Shown: positions 31,129 through 40,766, counted from the stretch's first letter. The stretch is DNA of 46,006 nt from Bacillota bacterium (GCA_051745185.1 JBNJDV010000004.1:1-46006), one strand, 5' to 3'. The notes: generated by a model from the letters alone, not told the origin. Translations and numbers: made by a program.

Positions 31129-31172
31129 AGTTTAATATTTTAATTGTTTATTAAAAAAGTCACACTTATTAA

Positions 31173-31820
31173 TTAATCTAATTCAGTTAAAACCGCTCTT
31201 ACTGGAGAAGCCTCACAATCTTTTAACTTCAGTGGCAAAGCGTTTAGATTATATAATCCAGGATTAATTTCACTTAAGTCTATTCCTTCTAATATAATTA
31301 CTTCATTACCTAATAGAAACTTATGAACATCAAAATTATTAGTTCCTAACTCTTCAATTGTTATATAATCTATACCAATAAACTTAACTCCCTTTTGAAC
31401 TAAGTACTTGGCTGCTTTATGTGTTAAGTATATAAATTCTTCATTAAATTCATTTTCTTTTAAATAACTAGAATTTTTGGTTTTAAATAAAATCTTATCA
31501 CTTTTAATTTCATGGTCAGTTAACTCTCTTTTAGTAATTATTTTCTTGTTTTTAATCTCAATTACCTGTGTTTTCCCCATAAATCTCTCTAGCTTGATAT
31601 TATCAATATTTTTACCATTTTCAATAAAATGTGAGGGTGCATCTACATGTGTACCCACATGAACACTAAATCTTATATTACTAAGTTTATAACCATCTGT
31701 ATTTATATCTTTTGTTATTTCTTTTCGTGTTACTATATCTCCAGGAAAATTAATCATATCATTTTTTATATCAATCGATATATCATATATCTTTTTGTTA
31801 ATCATGTTATCTCCTTTCAT
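31173..31820 (-). CDS. Cyclase-family protein / arylformamidase (kynurenine formamidase-like)
   Basis: HVGTHVDAPSHF metal-binding motif. 215 aa. Overlaps the upstream gene by 4 nt. Confidence 0.8.
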   Translation of the reverse strand: MKGDNMINKKIYDISIDIKNDMINFPGDIVTRKEITKDINTDGYKLSNIRFSVHVGTHVDAPSHFIENGKNIDNIKLERFMGKTQVIEIKNKKIITKRELTDHEIKSDKILFKTKNSSYLKENEFNEEFIYLTHKAAKYLVQKGVKFIGIDYITIEELGTNNFDVHKFLLGNEVIILEGIDLSEINPGLYNLNALPLKLKDCEASPVRAVLTELD

Positions 31821-32779
31821 ACTACTTTGTTATTAGGTTCGCGTCCCTCAAGAACTGCAATAACATCTTCAGCTACCATTTCAGACATCTTATATCTGGC
31901 ATAAGTTGTTGCTGATCCAGTATGAGGAGTTAACACTACATTATCTAATTCAAGTAACTTTCGATAAATTTCAGGTTCTTTTTCATATACATCCAATCCG
32001 GCTGCAAATAACTCTTTATTTATTAAGGCATTTGCTAGTTCTTTTTCATTAATAATTGGGCCTCTGCCTGTATTAACTATTACTGCAGTTTCTTTCATCT
32101 TTTTTAATTCTGGTTTATCAATAAGATGATAGGTAGATTCATTTAAAGATGCATTAATAGCAATAAAGTCAGAGCTTTCTATTAGTTCATTTAGTTCAGC
32201 ATAAGCAGCATCTAATTTGTTTTCTTCTTTTTTATCTAAGGGAGTTCTCTTATTATATAAAACATCCATATTAAATCCTTTAGCTCGCTGTGCAACAGCC
32301 CTACCAATTCTTCCAAATCCTATAATTCCCAATGTTTTGCCATAGGTTCTTTGACCTAATAACAACTCGGGCCCCCAACCTTTATATTTTAAATTCCTTA
32401 CAAATTTATCTGACTCAATTATCCTTCTGGCTGCTGATAATAGTAAAGTCCAGGTTAAATCTGCTGTTGCCTGGGTTAATACATCTGGTGTATTTGTCAC
32501 AGATATACTGTTTTCTTTAGCTGCATCTAAATCAATATTGTCATACCCTACTGCATAGTTGGCTATAACTTTCAAATTATTACATTTTTCAATTATCTCA
32601 CGGTCAATAGGGTCACTTAAAAGTGAAACAATTGCATCTGCCTCTTTAGCTTTGTTAATTAATTCTTCTTTAGTCGGATTTGTAGAATCAGAAAACACTT
32701 CAACCTCATATTTTTCCTTTAACATTTCTAAACCGGTATCCGGGATTTTTCTTGTTATAAATACTTTGGGCATATTCAC
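31817..32779 (-). CDS. D-isomer-specific 2-hydroxyacid dehydrogenase (glyoxylate/hydroxypyruvate reductase-like)
   Basis: GIIGFGRIGRAVAQR NAD-binding fold, NTGRG, and the catalytic TPHTGSAT motif. Confidence 0.88.
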   Translation of the reverse strand: MNMPKVFITRKIPDTGLEMLKEKYEVEVFSDSTNPTKEELINKAKEADAIVSLLSDPIDREIIEKCNNLKVIANYAVGYDNIDLDAAKENSISVTNTPDVLTQATADLTWTLLLSAARRIIESDKFVRNLKYKGWGPELLLGQRTYGKTLGIIGFGRIGRAVAQRAKGFNMDVLYNKRTPLDKKEENKLDAAYAELNELIESSDFIAINASLNESTYHLIDKPELKKMKETAVIVNTGRGPIINEKELANALINKELFAAGLDVYEKEPEIYRKLLELDNVVLTPHTGSATTYARYKMSEMVAEDVIAVLEGREPNNKVV

Positions 32780-32800
32780 ACCTCTTTTTTATAATGATAT

Positions 32801-34126
32801 TTATTTATAACTTAAATTTCTTTTATCAAAATCCTCTTTTATACCGGCAAGTTTTGTTAAAAGAACTTTTTTTTCAACAGCTAAAATTTTAATTAAATTT
32901 TTAATGTAAGATATATCATTTTCCTTTAATCTGATCTCTAGTTCTTTTAATTTTGTCTCGTTTTCATTATTATAACCTTTTTTTACATACTGGTTTAGTT
33001 TAACTAATTCTTTTTCTAATAGACCTTTTTCTTTACACAAAATATTTAACTCGTCTTTATATATTTTTATCTTTTTCTTTAATAAAAAAAGTTCTTGATC
33101 TAAGTTTTCTATGTAATCAAACCCTTGTTTTTTTAATAACATTAACTTGTTATCTAATTGTTTGTTTTCTAGTTCAATATTATAATTACTATTAGTTAGA
33201 CTAATCTCTAATCCTAACTGAGCATCTTCAGGTTGGTTTTGGTAATAATTTATTACTTTGACTTGTGGTGATCTTTTCTTGTTGATATTTGTTTTTTGTA
33301 AATTATAAAGTTGCTTTTTATAATTCAAGATCCTTTCTTTGTTAAAAAATAAATTACTTAATACATAATATTTTATTTTTCCCCCATTAAATAGACCGGT
33401 TTTAAAGTATCGCAAACTGTTATTTTCAATTAATTTTCTGGTGTTATTAGAAATTGAACTCAGCTCTTTATCAATTTTTAATAACTCTAGCTTTGATTTT
33501 TCTAAATTAAGTTTTAATCTTTTATTATTGCTTCCAACTTCCTTATTCGCTTTCATTTTAGCATAAAATATCTGTTTATTTATATTATGCCTTTTAGAAT
33601 ATAACTTATATTTGTTCTTCACCTCTATATATCTGGCTAATTCTTTTAAGATTTTGATGAATTTTTTATACTTTAAATTTAATAGCTTCTCTTTATTTAA
33701 TGCTTTGTTTGTTTTTAACTGTAGATACTTTATTTTTTCATCATTAAATCTGGGAAAGATAACCTTATTCCCTTCAACACTAAAACTGTATTTATCAGTT
33801 ATCATACTTTGGTTTAATTCAAGCCTTATATTAATATCATTTTTATACTTACCGTTGGTTATTAGTTCAAAAGAAGTATTATTATCTTTATATACTAAAT
33901 TATTTTTTATATAAATATTTAGTTTGTTTTTTCTAAAAGTAGAACTGTTACTTTTGATCTCTTTGTCGATTTGATTCAGCTTGTTTTTAATACTAATTAT
34001 TTCTATATTACTTTCTATTAATTTTATAATTTTATCATATCTTTGATTAGTTTCCTTAGCATCTACATTAACTATAAATATTAATGGTATTATTAGAATC
34101 ACTATTATAATTTTTTTAAGCAACAA
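32801..34126 (-). CDS. Secreted Lys/Asn-rich coiled-coil protein; divergent TolC/OEP-like outer-membrane factor candidate
   Basis: Signal peptide MLLKKIIIVILIIPLIFIVNVDA. Long heptad-like helices alternate with short amphipathic beta-like stretches (SFELITNGKYKNDINIRLEL; QVKVINYYQ..AQLGLEISLTNSNY). At 441 aa it is TolC-sized. TTG start with a GGAGG SD. Confidence 0.5.
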   Translation of the reverse strand: MLLKKIIIVILIIPLIFIVNVDAKETNQRYDKIIKLIESNIEIISIKNKLNQIDKEIKSNSSTFRKNKLNIYIKNNLVYKDNNTSFELITNGKYKNDINIRLELNQSMITDKYSFSVEGNKVIFPRFNDEKIKYLQLKTNKALNKEKLLNLKYKKFIKILKELARYIEVKNKYKLYSKRHNINKQIFYAKMKANKEVGSNNKRLKLNLEKSKLELLKIDKELSSISNNTRKLIENNSLRYFKTGLFNGGKIKYYVLSNLFFNKERILNYKKQLYNLQKTNINKKRSPQVKVINYYQNQPEDAQLGLEISLTNSNYNIELENKQLDNKLMLLKKQGFDYIENLDQELFLLKKKIKIYKDELNILCKEKGLLEKELVKLNQYVKKGYNNENETKLKELEIRLKENDISYIKNLIKILAVEKKVLLTKLAGIKEDFDKRNLSYK

Positions 34127-34136
34127 TATTCCTCCG

Positions 34137-35147
34137 TTAATATAGCTCTGATTTGTATTTTAGATATGTATTATAATAATTTAGAATTATTTTTACCTTT
34201 TCATTTTTGAGTTTAGATATTTTTAAATCTTGTTTTAAAACACTTATTTTAGTATCTAGTCCTAAACTATATTCTTTTTTTACTGTACTTTTTTCTCTCT
34301 CAGCAATATCTAATCTTTTTTCCATAACTTCATATGATTTTTTAAAGTTTTCATTCAACAGCTTAAAATCATTATTAATTGCTTTTATGTTTGCCTTATA
34401 TATCTTTTTGTTGTTTTTGATTAATATTTTTTGTTTTTTAAGTTTATTAATATATTTTAAAGGCAAGTTACTAATACTGCCTTTTTTCAATTTTAAGTTT
34501 ATAAGTTTAGATCTCTTGTTTAATAGTTTAATATATATCTTGTTCTCATGATTTTTAACATCAATAATAATATCTGTTAATCTTTGTTCGATTTCATATC
34601 TATTATTTTCGTCTGTTATATTCAATCTGTTTTCCAATTTACCCTTATAATTATCTAAATTTGCTAGTTCCTTTTCAATATTTAGCTGCATCTTCTTAGT
34701 TGTATAAACTTGTCTTGTTAACTTTTCTTCTGTAATTAATCCTTTTTTCTTCTTTTTTTTGATCTCATTTAATATCATCTGTTCGAATTCTAACTGTTCT
34801 TTTAATATCTTTAATTTATATTTTGTTAATATAACCTTATGATATAAACTAAAAAGCGAATTAAAGTTTTGCATGATTAACTCTTTTAACTCATAATCAT
34901 TTTCTAAACTTTTAATCTCATAATTTAATATATCCAACTTGTTTTTTTGATCTAAGTCATTATACTTTTCTAGTTCGATATTGTTTTGCTTTACCTCATA
35001 TTGATTTAGTAATTTTTTATATGCCAAACTTTTTTTAGAGTATAGGTTAACCAAAGTTGAATAATTTATTTTTTCTGCTTCAATACCATTGGTAATGAAG
35101 ACAGTTAATAATATTAAAAACAACATTATATTCTTAAGTTTTTTCAA
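34137..35147 (-). CDS. Secreted coiled-coil protein; second TolC/OEP-like candidate (short)
   Basis: Signal peptide MKKLKNIMLFLILLTVFITNGIEA. An OEP-repeat-like pattern is present (INYSTLVNLYSKKSLAYKKLL...; KKGLITEEKLTRQVYTTKKMQLNIEKELANLDNYKGKLENRL). TTG start 12 nt after the buk stop. Confidence 0.5.
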   Translation of the reverse strand: MKKLKNIMLFLILLTVFITNGIEAEKINYSTLVNLYSKKSLAYKKLLNQYEVKQNNIELEKYNDLDQKNKLDILNYEIKSLENDYELKELIMQNFNSLFSLYHKVILTKYKLKILKEQLEFEQMILNEIKKKKKKGLITEEKLTRQVYTTKKMQLNIEKELANLDNYKGKLENRLNITDENNRYEIEQRLTDIIIDVKNHENKIYIKLLNKRSKLINLKLKKGSISNLPLKYINKLKKQKILIKNNKKIYKANIKAINNDFKLLNENFKKSYEVMEKRLDIAEREKSTVKKEYSLGLDTKISVLKQDLKISKLKNEKVKIILNYYNTYLKYKSELY

Positions 35148-35159
35148 AAAATCAAACCT

Positions 35160-36257
35160 TTATTTAAAAATTTTAGTGTTGATTTTACCTTCTCGGTATT
35201 GCATGATATCTTCTTCACCCTTAAGTACTCTTAAAGCTCCTTTGGCTAAACTGTTCATCTCCTCAGCCCCAGGATATATAAAAACATCGGCAATAAAGCT
35301 GACTTTCTTAGTAATTCTTGATGTAATATAATCGGAATGAGCAAGTCCCCCAGTTATAAAAATAGCATCTACATTACCACCTAATGCTGCAGCCATTGCT
35401 CCAATTTCTTTTGCTATTTGATAAATCATACCTTCATAGACTAATTTGGCTTTTTTATCTCCATTTTTTATTTTTTTTTCTATTTCTTGTCCATCATTAG
35501 TATCTAGATATGCTGTCAGACCTCCATTACCTAATATTTTTTTAATGAATTGGTCTCGATCAGGATTATTTTCAAAGATGTATTCTGCCAAATCTAAGGT
35601 GGGTAAAGTACCCACTCTTTCTGGTGAATATGGACCACCTTGATTAGCATTGTTAACATCAATAATTCTCCCCTTTTTTAAAGGCGCAATTGAAATGCCG
35701 CCGCCAAGATGAGCTCCAATAAGGTTACATTCATTAAATATCAAACCATTATCTTCAGCAGTTTTTCTTCCTATTGATTTTAAATTCAAGGCATGTGATT
35801 GGCATTTTCTCGGTATCTCAGGTAATCCTGATAGTCTTGCTATATCTTCAAATTCATCGACTGATATTGGGTCTACTGTATAAGCTGGTATATCGTTTTC
35901 TTTTGATAAATTGTATGCGATTATTCCCGCAAGATTAGAAGCATGAGAAGAGTTTTTGGCTATCTTTAAATCATGAACCATATCATCTCCAATAATATAG
36001 GTTCCCCCTAATAATGGATCTAAACCAACACCACCGCGGGCTACAACTGCATCAAAGTTTTTTAGACTATAATTAGACTTTAATAGTTCTTCTTTAATTA
36101 AACTGTATCTCCAATCTAACTGATCAATTATTTTATCAAACTTTTTCAACTTCACAGAATCATGCTTGAGATTCCTTTTCCAAACTTCATTTTCATCTTC
36201 AAAAATTGATATCTTAGTTGAGGTAGAACCAGGATTAATTACAAATACTTTATACAT
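35160..36257 (-). CDS. buk: Butyrate kinase
   Basis: VINPGSTSTKISIF, HASNLAG, IGAHLGGGISI and ITGGLAH are ASKHA-fold butyrate kinase blocks. No ptb gene is adjacent. Confidence 0.93.
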   Translation of the reverse strand: MYKVFVINPGSTSTKISIFEDENEVWKRNLKHDSVKLKKFDKIIDQLDWRYSLIKEELLKSNYSLKNFDAVVARGGVGLDPLLGGTYIIGDDMVHDLKIAKNSSHASNLAGIIAYNLSKENDIPAYTVDPISVDEFEDIARLSGLPEIPRKCQSHALNLKSIGRKTAEDNGLIFNECNLIGAHLGGGISIAPLKKGRIIDVNNANQGGPYSPERVGTLPTLDLAEYIFENNPDRDQFIKKILGNGGLTAYLDTNDGQEIEKKIKNGDKKAKLVYEGMIYQIAKEIGAMAAALGGNVDAIFITGGLAHSDYITSRITKKVSFIADVFIYPGAEEMNSLAKGALRVLKGEEDIMQYREGKINTKIFK

Positions 36258-36328
36258 ATTATCTCACCTTTCTAATTGCTTTATATTAAATATTTCAGCA
36301 ATCACTACCCCTAATCCTTCTTTTAATA

Positions 36329-37126
36329 TTAGACTTCTTCAAAAGATAATAAGCCGATCTTAATTGCTTTAATTACCAGTTCAATTTTAGAAGAAACATT
36401 TAATTTATTAAACAAGATTTTTTTATGGTATTTTACTGTGCTTTTACTAAGATGCATATCTTCAGCTAATGCTCTTTCTGTATATCCATTTGCTAATTTT
36501 TTTAAGATATACCTTTGATTATATGATAGATCATTAATCTTATCATCATTTTTTAACCTGTGCTTATTATTTGATTTTAAACTTATGTTACTTGAGAAGA
36601 GTTCCATCAAGTATATGATCTGCTCTGAAATTCCATCTTTGCTTATTAAGTTAATAAATCCATTGATTTCTTCATTGTTTTTAATTGGATATGCCAAACT
36701 ATACCAACTATTTAATGGTTTACAAAAATGGTGTCCGGGTAACATATAGACCGGTTTATTTATTTTAGCTGCTAGTTGTACTGCATTTGTTCCTGAATAT
36801 CTCTCTTTTAGCGAAGTCCCTATACTTATCCCCTTTGTTTTTAAATCATTTTTGAAATTTATATCACCCACCAGTTCTTCAATTGTTTTGTCTTTGTTGA
36901 CCAACAGTAGACAGTACTTTAATTTTATTGATTGTTTTAGTTTATCAGACATTTCTGCAAAAAGTTCTTTTGTCTCGATAGAGAACTCATCTAATTTATT
37001 TTGGTTATGAAAAAGTTTATCTTTTAATATGTATCTTTTTTTATTCTCCTTTAAACACCTTGACCAAGAAGATGTTACCTCTTCTTTTATTAATTTATAA
37101 TCAAAATACATATCCTCTATTTTCAT
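36329..37126 (-). CDS. LuxR-family transcriptional regulator with an uncharacterised N-terminal sensory domain
   Basis: C-terminal LSYNQRYILKKLANGYTERALAEDMHLSKSTVKYHKKILFNKL is a LuxR HTH. The N-terminal ~190 aa are unassigned, apart from an SWSRC motif near the start. Confidence 0.7.
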   Translation of the reverse strand: MKIEDMYFDYKLIKEEVTSSWSRCLKENKKRYILKDKLFHNQNKLDEFSIETKELFAEMSDKLKQSIKLKYCLLLVNKDKTIEELVGDINFKNDLKTKGISIGTSLKERYSGTNAVQLAAKINKPVYMLPGHHFCKPLNSWYSLAYPIKNNEEINGFINLISKDGISEQIIYLMELFSSNISLKSNNKHRLKNDDKINDLSYNQRYILKKLANGYTERALAEDMHLSKSTVKYHKKILFNKLNVSSKIELVIKAIKIGLLSFEEV

Positions 37127-37174
37127 CTATTATATACACTCCTAAGTTTTTACACATATTTGATTAATGAATTA

Positions 37175-38332
37175 TTATAAATTAGTGTTTAAAAAATCTA
37201 ACTTTTCTAGTATATAATATATGATCTTTCTTTTATCAACTACAATAGAAGCCTGTGTTAACATATTATTTCTATAAGCAACATATTTCCTTTTATCTCC
37301 TTTAGTTAAATAATTATTTATACTGGCCTTTATCTTATAAACATAATTTTTATTATCCATATTAGTAGCATCCCGGTCTATTTTCAAAACTTTACCTTCA
37401 GCAACACCATATTCTTTATACGGATAGGAACTAATTCTATATCTTATAAGATCATCTTTTTTAATTCTTAGTATATCTTTATTCTGTACTGCCAATTCAA
37501 CGATATATTTATTTTGTGAAGATGGAATAATTTTTAATACTTCCTTACCAGCTGGTATGTAATCACCTATATTATACTCTTTTATAAACTCAATTCGTCC
37601 AGCAATTGGAGCTTTTATCCTGTAATTCTTAAAATCGTTGTTTATACTTTCAATTTCCAATTTATCTTTATCAATTAGTTTTCTTTTTTCTATAATTCTA
37701 TTATCTATTTCTACTATTTTTTTATTAACCAGACTTTTTAATTCAAATTTAAGCTGGTTTAAGTTATCTTTTTTAGCTAAGTAGTCTATTTCAGTAATAC
37801 TTACATTCTTTAATTCCTTAAACTTCAATAATTCTTTTTCTTTTTTATCTATCTTCTTAACATAATAATTAGCTTTTTCTTCAAATGATTTCATTTCATT
37901 TTTTAGTAATTCAAACCTCTCATGAATCTTAAATCTATTTGACAATAAATATTGTTTAGTTTCTTTTAATTCATCAACATACTTCTTATTTGTTTTTATT
38001 CTCTCTTTTAAAAACTCTTTTCTTTTTAAAATATCTCCTTTTTTTATTTCAAATAATAGGTCTCCTTTATTAACTATCTTTTTTTTATCACTAACTATAT
38101 CTTTTAATCTACCACCTTTTATACTATATACGGTGCTTATATTATTTTGATACTTAATAATCCCGTTAGTTTTAATTATCACATCTAATTTACCATAAAA
38201 AACCCATAATAATGCTAACATGATTATAATTAAAACTATCAATATCAAAAATTTAATAAATACATATCTATTTGAATTTTTGTGGTATCTTTTCTTTCTC
38301 AGTTGTTCAATATCTAGATATTTTTTATTCAA
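37175..38332 (-). CDS. HlyD/CvaA-type membrane fusion (adaptor) protein
   Basis: N-terminal cytoplasmic stub, one TM segment (FIKFLILIVLIIIMLALLWVF), a lipoyl/barrel-sandwich start (GIIKYQNNISTVYSIKGGRLKDI), a long coiled coil and a beta-barrel end. The only available start is TTG at 38332 (GGGG SD, 7-nt spacer). Confidence 0.85.
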   Translation of the reverse strand: MNKKYLDIEQLRKKRYHKNSNRYVFIKFLILIVLIIIMLALLWVFYGKLDVIIKTNGIIKYQNNISTVYSIKGGRLKDIVSDKKKIVNKGDLLFEIKKGDILKRKEFLKERIKTNKKYVDELKETKQYLLSNRFKIHERFELLKNEMKSFEEKANYYVKKIDKKEKELLKFKELKNVSITEIDYLAKKDNLNQLKFELKSLVNKKIVEIDNRIIEKRKLIDKDKLEIESINNDFKNYRIKAPIAGRIEFIKEYNIGDYIPAGKEVLKIIPSSQNKYIVELAVQNKDILRIKKDDLIRYRISSYPYKEYGVAEGKVLKIDRDATNMDNKNYVYKIKASINNYLTKGDKRKYVAYRNNMLTQASIVVDKRKIIYYILEKLDFLNTNL

Positions 38333-38351
38333 TTATATTCCCCTATGACTA

Positions 38352-40547
38352 TTATTTTTGTTTTTCCCATAAATTATAATATCTTTCTTTTTGATTTATT
38401 AACTTTTGATGAGTACCTTTCTCTAAAACCTTTCCATTTTCTATATAAAATATCTGGTCACAGTCTTTAACTGACTTTAGTCTATGAGCAACTATTATAA
38501 TCGTCTTATCACTAAATACTTGGTTTAGCATCTTATAAATATTTTTCTCAGAAGAATAATCTAGATTATTAGTGGCTTCATCTAATATTAGTACATCTGG
38601 TTTTTTTAATAGAGCCCTTGCTATAGCTATTCTCTGCTTTTGTCCACCTGATAGATTTTGACCTCGTTCTGTAACCACAGTATCATATCTGTTTGGTAGT
38701 TGATTGATATATTTATGTATTTGGCTTTTTTTACTAACCTCGATTATATCTTTAATAGAGTGTTTTTTGTTATCTAAACTTATATTTTCTTTAATACTTT
38801 TATTAAACAAGAATATATCTTGTGGTACATATCCTATTACATCTCTTAAGTTTTTTGAATTAATATCATCAATATTACTTCCATCAATTAATATTTCACC
38901 ACTATTTGCAGCATAATACTTCATTAACAGTTTAATTATTGTACTCTTCCCAGAACCGCTTTTCCCGACAATCGCCACCTTTTGTCCTGCTTTAATTTGA
39001 AATGATATCTTGTTTAAAACTTTTTTCCTCATATTATATATAAACTCTACCTCTTTAAACTCTATTAATCTTTTTACACCTTTTATTTTTAACTGACTAT
39101 CACTGATTTGAACGGGATTTAATACCATAATTTCTTTCAATCTTTCAACAGCTACCATTGCCTTCTGTATTTTCGGTTGTAGTTTGATTAAATTTTGTAG
39201 GGGGTTATAGAAATAGGCTAATAAGGCATTGAATGTTATAAGCTGTCCTACTGTTAAATTGCCATTAATAACCTGATAACCACCTGTCCACAAAATAATA
39301 ATCTCTCCAACAGCTGCTAATAAGTTATCTATTGAATTTTGTATGTTTTTAATGAAATTGGCCCTAAAAACTTCTTCAATAAAGTTTAAAAAACTTATCT
39401 CATTATTAAGATAGATATTATTTTCTTCATTCAATGCCTTAATTGTTTTTATGCCATCTACAGTTTCAACTAAACTACTCTGTAGCTTTGCTCCTTTTTC
39501 CATTTCTCTTTTTCTTACTGTACTATATTTATTTGCAAATATTAATACTAAGATTATATAGATTGGAATTAATATCACTGCTATTTTAAAAAGATAACTG
39601 CTTTGATAGTATAAAATAACTCCTCCACAAATAATTAGTAATGAATCGATCATAATTGAGATTGCTGCATTTGATAGAGCGTCTCTAATTTTTCCCGAAT
39701 CCTGTATTCTTGAAAGTATTTCTCCTATTTCTCTTTTATCATAAAATGATATAGGTAGTTTTAAAATATGGTCAATATAGTCTGTAATTAAATTAATATC
39801 AATTTGTTGGCTTAAATATAGTGTTAAGTGGTTTCTAAAAGCATCCATCATAACTTTTAATAAAGTAACAGCTAAAACACCTAAAGAAATTACATGCAAT
39901 GATTTTAAAAGTCCATTAACTAAAATATTATCAATTAGATATTTAAAATAAAACGAACCAGTAATTCCAAGAGCTGTATAAACCAATGAAGCAATAAAAA
40001 TCTGTGTTATCATTGATTTATTGGTTTTTAACTGTATTTTAATGAAATCGAAATTACTTATATTTTGATTGTTGATTCCTTTGTTATCAGTTGGATTAAA
40101 TATCAATAGAATGTTTGTCCATATTTTATTAAACTCTTTTTTGCTTATTAACTTTAGTCCGGTTTCCGGATCAAAGATTAGCAGTTTTTTGTTATATATT
40201 TTATAAACCACAATAAAATGAGCAATATTTCTCTTTATAACATGGGCTACCACTGGTGTTTTAAGATTCTGATTTAAATTATTAATTTTAGCTTTGACAC
40301 CTTTTGCATTCAACTTCAAACTTTCAGCTGCTTTTATTAAACCAAATGCAGAAGTCCCTTTTTGATTTGTACCAGCAATTTCTCTTATTCTGCTTATTGG
40401 GTAGTTAATTCCATACAAATTAGCTACTGTTGCCAAACAGGCTGCCCCACAATCACTATTATCTTTTTGTTTTATAAATTTACTTTTTTTAAAAACCTTT
40501 AATAGTATTAAGTACAGATTATCTATAATATTATGCATATTAACCAA
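38352..40547 (-). CDS. Peptidase-C39-containing ABC exporter (PCAT; CvaB/LagD/ComA type)
   Basis: The N-terminal C39 domain keeps its catalytic residues (QKDNSDCGAACL Cys; AHFIVVY His; FDPETG Asp). Six-TM domain, Walker A GKSGSGKST, LSGGQKQRIAIARA, LILDEATNNLD. Confidence 0.93.
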   Translation of the reverse strand: MVNMHNIIDNLYLILLKVFKKSKFIKQKDNSDCGAACLATVANLYGINYPISRIREIAGTNQKGTSAFGLIKAAESLKLNAKGVKAKINNLNQNLKTPVVAHVIKRNIAHFIVVYKIYNKKLLIFDPETGLKLISKKEFNKIWTNILLIFNPTDNKGINNQNISNFDFIKIQLKTNKSMITQIFIASLVYTALGITGSFYFKYLIDNILVNGLLKSLHVISLGVLAVTLLKVMMDAFRNHLTLYLSQQIDINLITDYIDHILKLPISFYDKREIGEILSRIQDSGKIRDALSNAAISIMIDSLLIICGGVILYYQSSYLFKIAVILIPIYIILVLIFANKYSTVRKREMEKGAKLQSSLVETVDGIKTIKALNEENNIYLNNEISFLNFIEEVFRANFIKNIQNSIDNLLAAVGEIIILWTGGYQVINGNLTVGQLITFNALLAYFYNPLQNLIKLQPKIQKAMVAVERLKEIMVLNPVQISDSQLKIKGVKRLIEFKEVEFIYNMRKKVLNKISFQIKAGQKVAIVGKSGSGKSTIIKLLMKYYAANSGEILIDGSNIDDINSKNLRDVIGYVPQDIFLFNKSIKENISLDNKKHSIKDIIEVSKKSQIHKYINQLPNRYDTVVTERGQNLSGGQKQRIAIARALLKKPDVLILDEATNNLDYSSEKNIYKMLNQVFSDKTIIIVAHRLKSVKDCDQIFYIENGKVLEKGTHQKLINQKERYYNLWEKQK

Positions 40548-40550
40548 TAC

Positions 40551-40682
40551 TTATTGCAATAAATGGTATGCGATCTGGCCGATCATAAAACCTAATATTA
40601 CCCCAGCTGCAGTTGTAAAAAATATACCCAATACCAAATTATGTCCGCTTACAGGTCCCTTTAATAATGATAATAATGTCAT
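40551..40682 (-). CDS. 43-aa hydrophobic peptide C: leaderless paralogue of peptide A's mature region (candidate immunity peptide or leaderless bacteriocin)
   Basis: MTLLSLLKGPVSGHNLVLGIFFTTAAGVILGFMIGQIAYHLLQ. ATG at 40682 with an AAGGAG SD and 9-nt spacer. The track's 71-aa version starts at an SD-less TTG. It ends 3 nt before the ABC gene start. Confidence 0.6.
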   Translation of the reverse strand: MTLLSLLKGPVSGHNLVLGIFFTTAAGVILGFMIGQIAYHLLQ

Positions 40683-40766
40683 TATAACATTCTCCTTATC
40701 CTTCAATAATATTTGCCTCCCTTTTTGGTAAGGGGAATAACATTTAAAGTTATTCCCCTTTATCAA

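Noticed and set aside
32801-40547. Run of TTG start codons (ABC exporter, HlyD, both TolC-like genes) as a signature of the peptide locus.
   Set aside because: pth (751) and phoP (26837) in the backbone also appear to use TTG. The codon seems common genome-wide here and is not specific to the island.
40551-40766. 71-aa version of the ORF upstream of the ABC exporter, as given in the track.
   Set aside because: It would start at a TTG directly after peptide B's stop, with no SD. The internal ATG at 40682 has an AAGGAG SD and yields a product exactly collinear with mature peptide A. The first 28 codons are more likely untranslated spacer.
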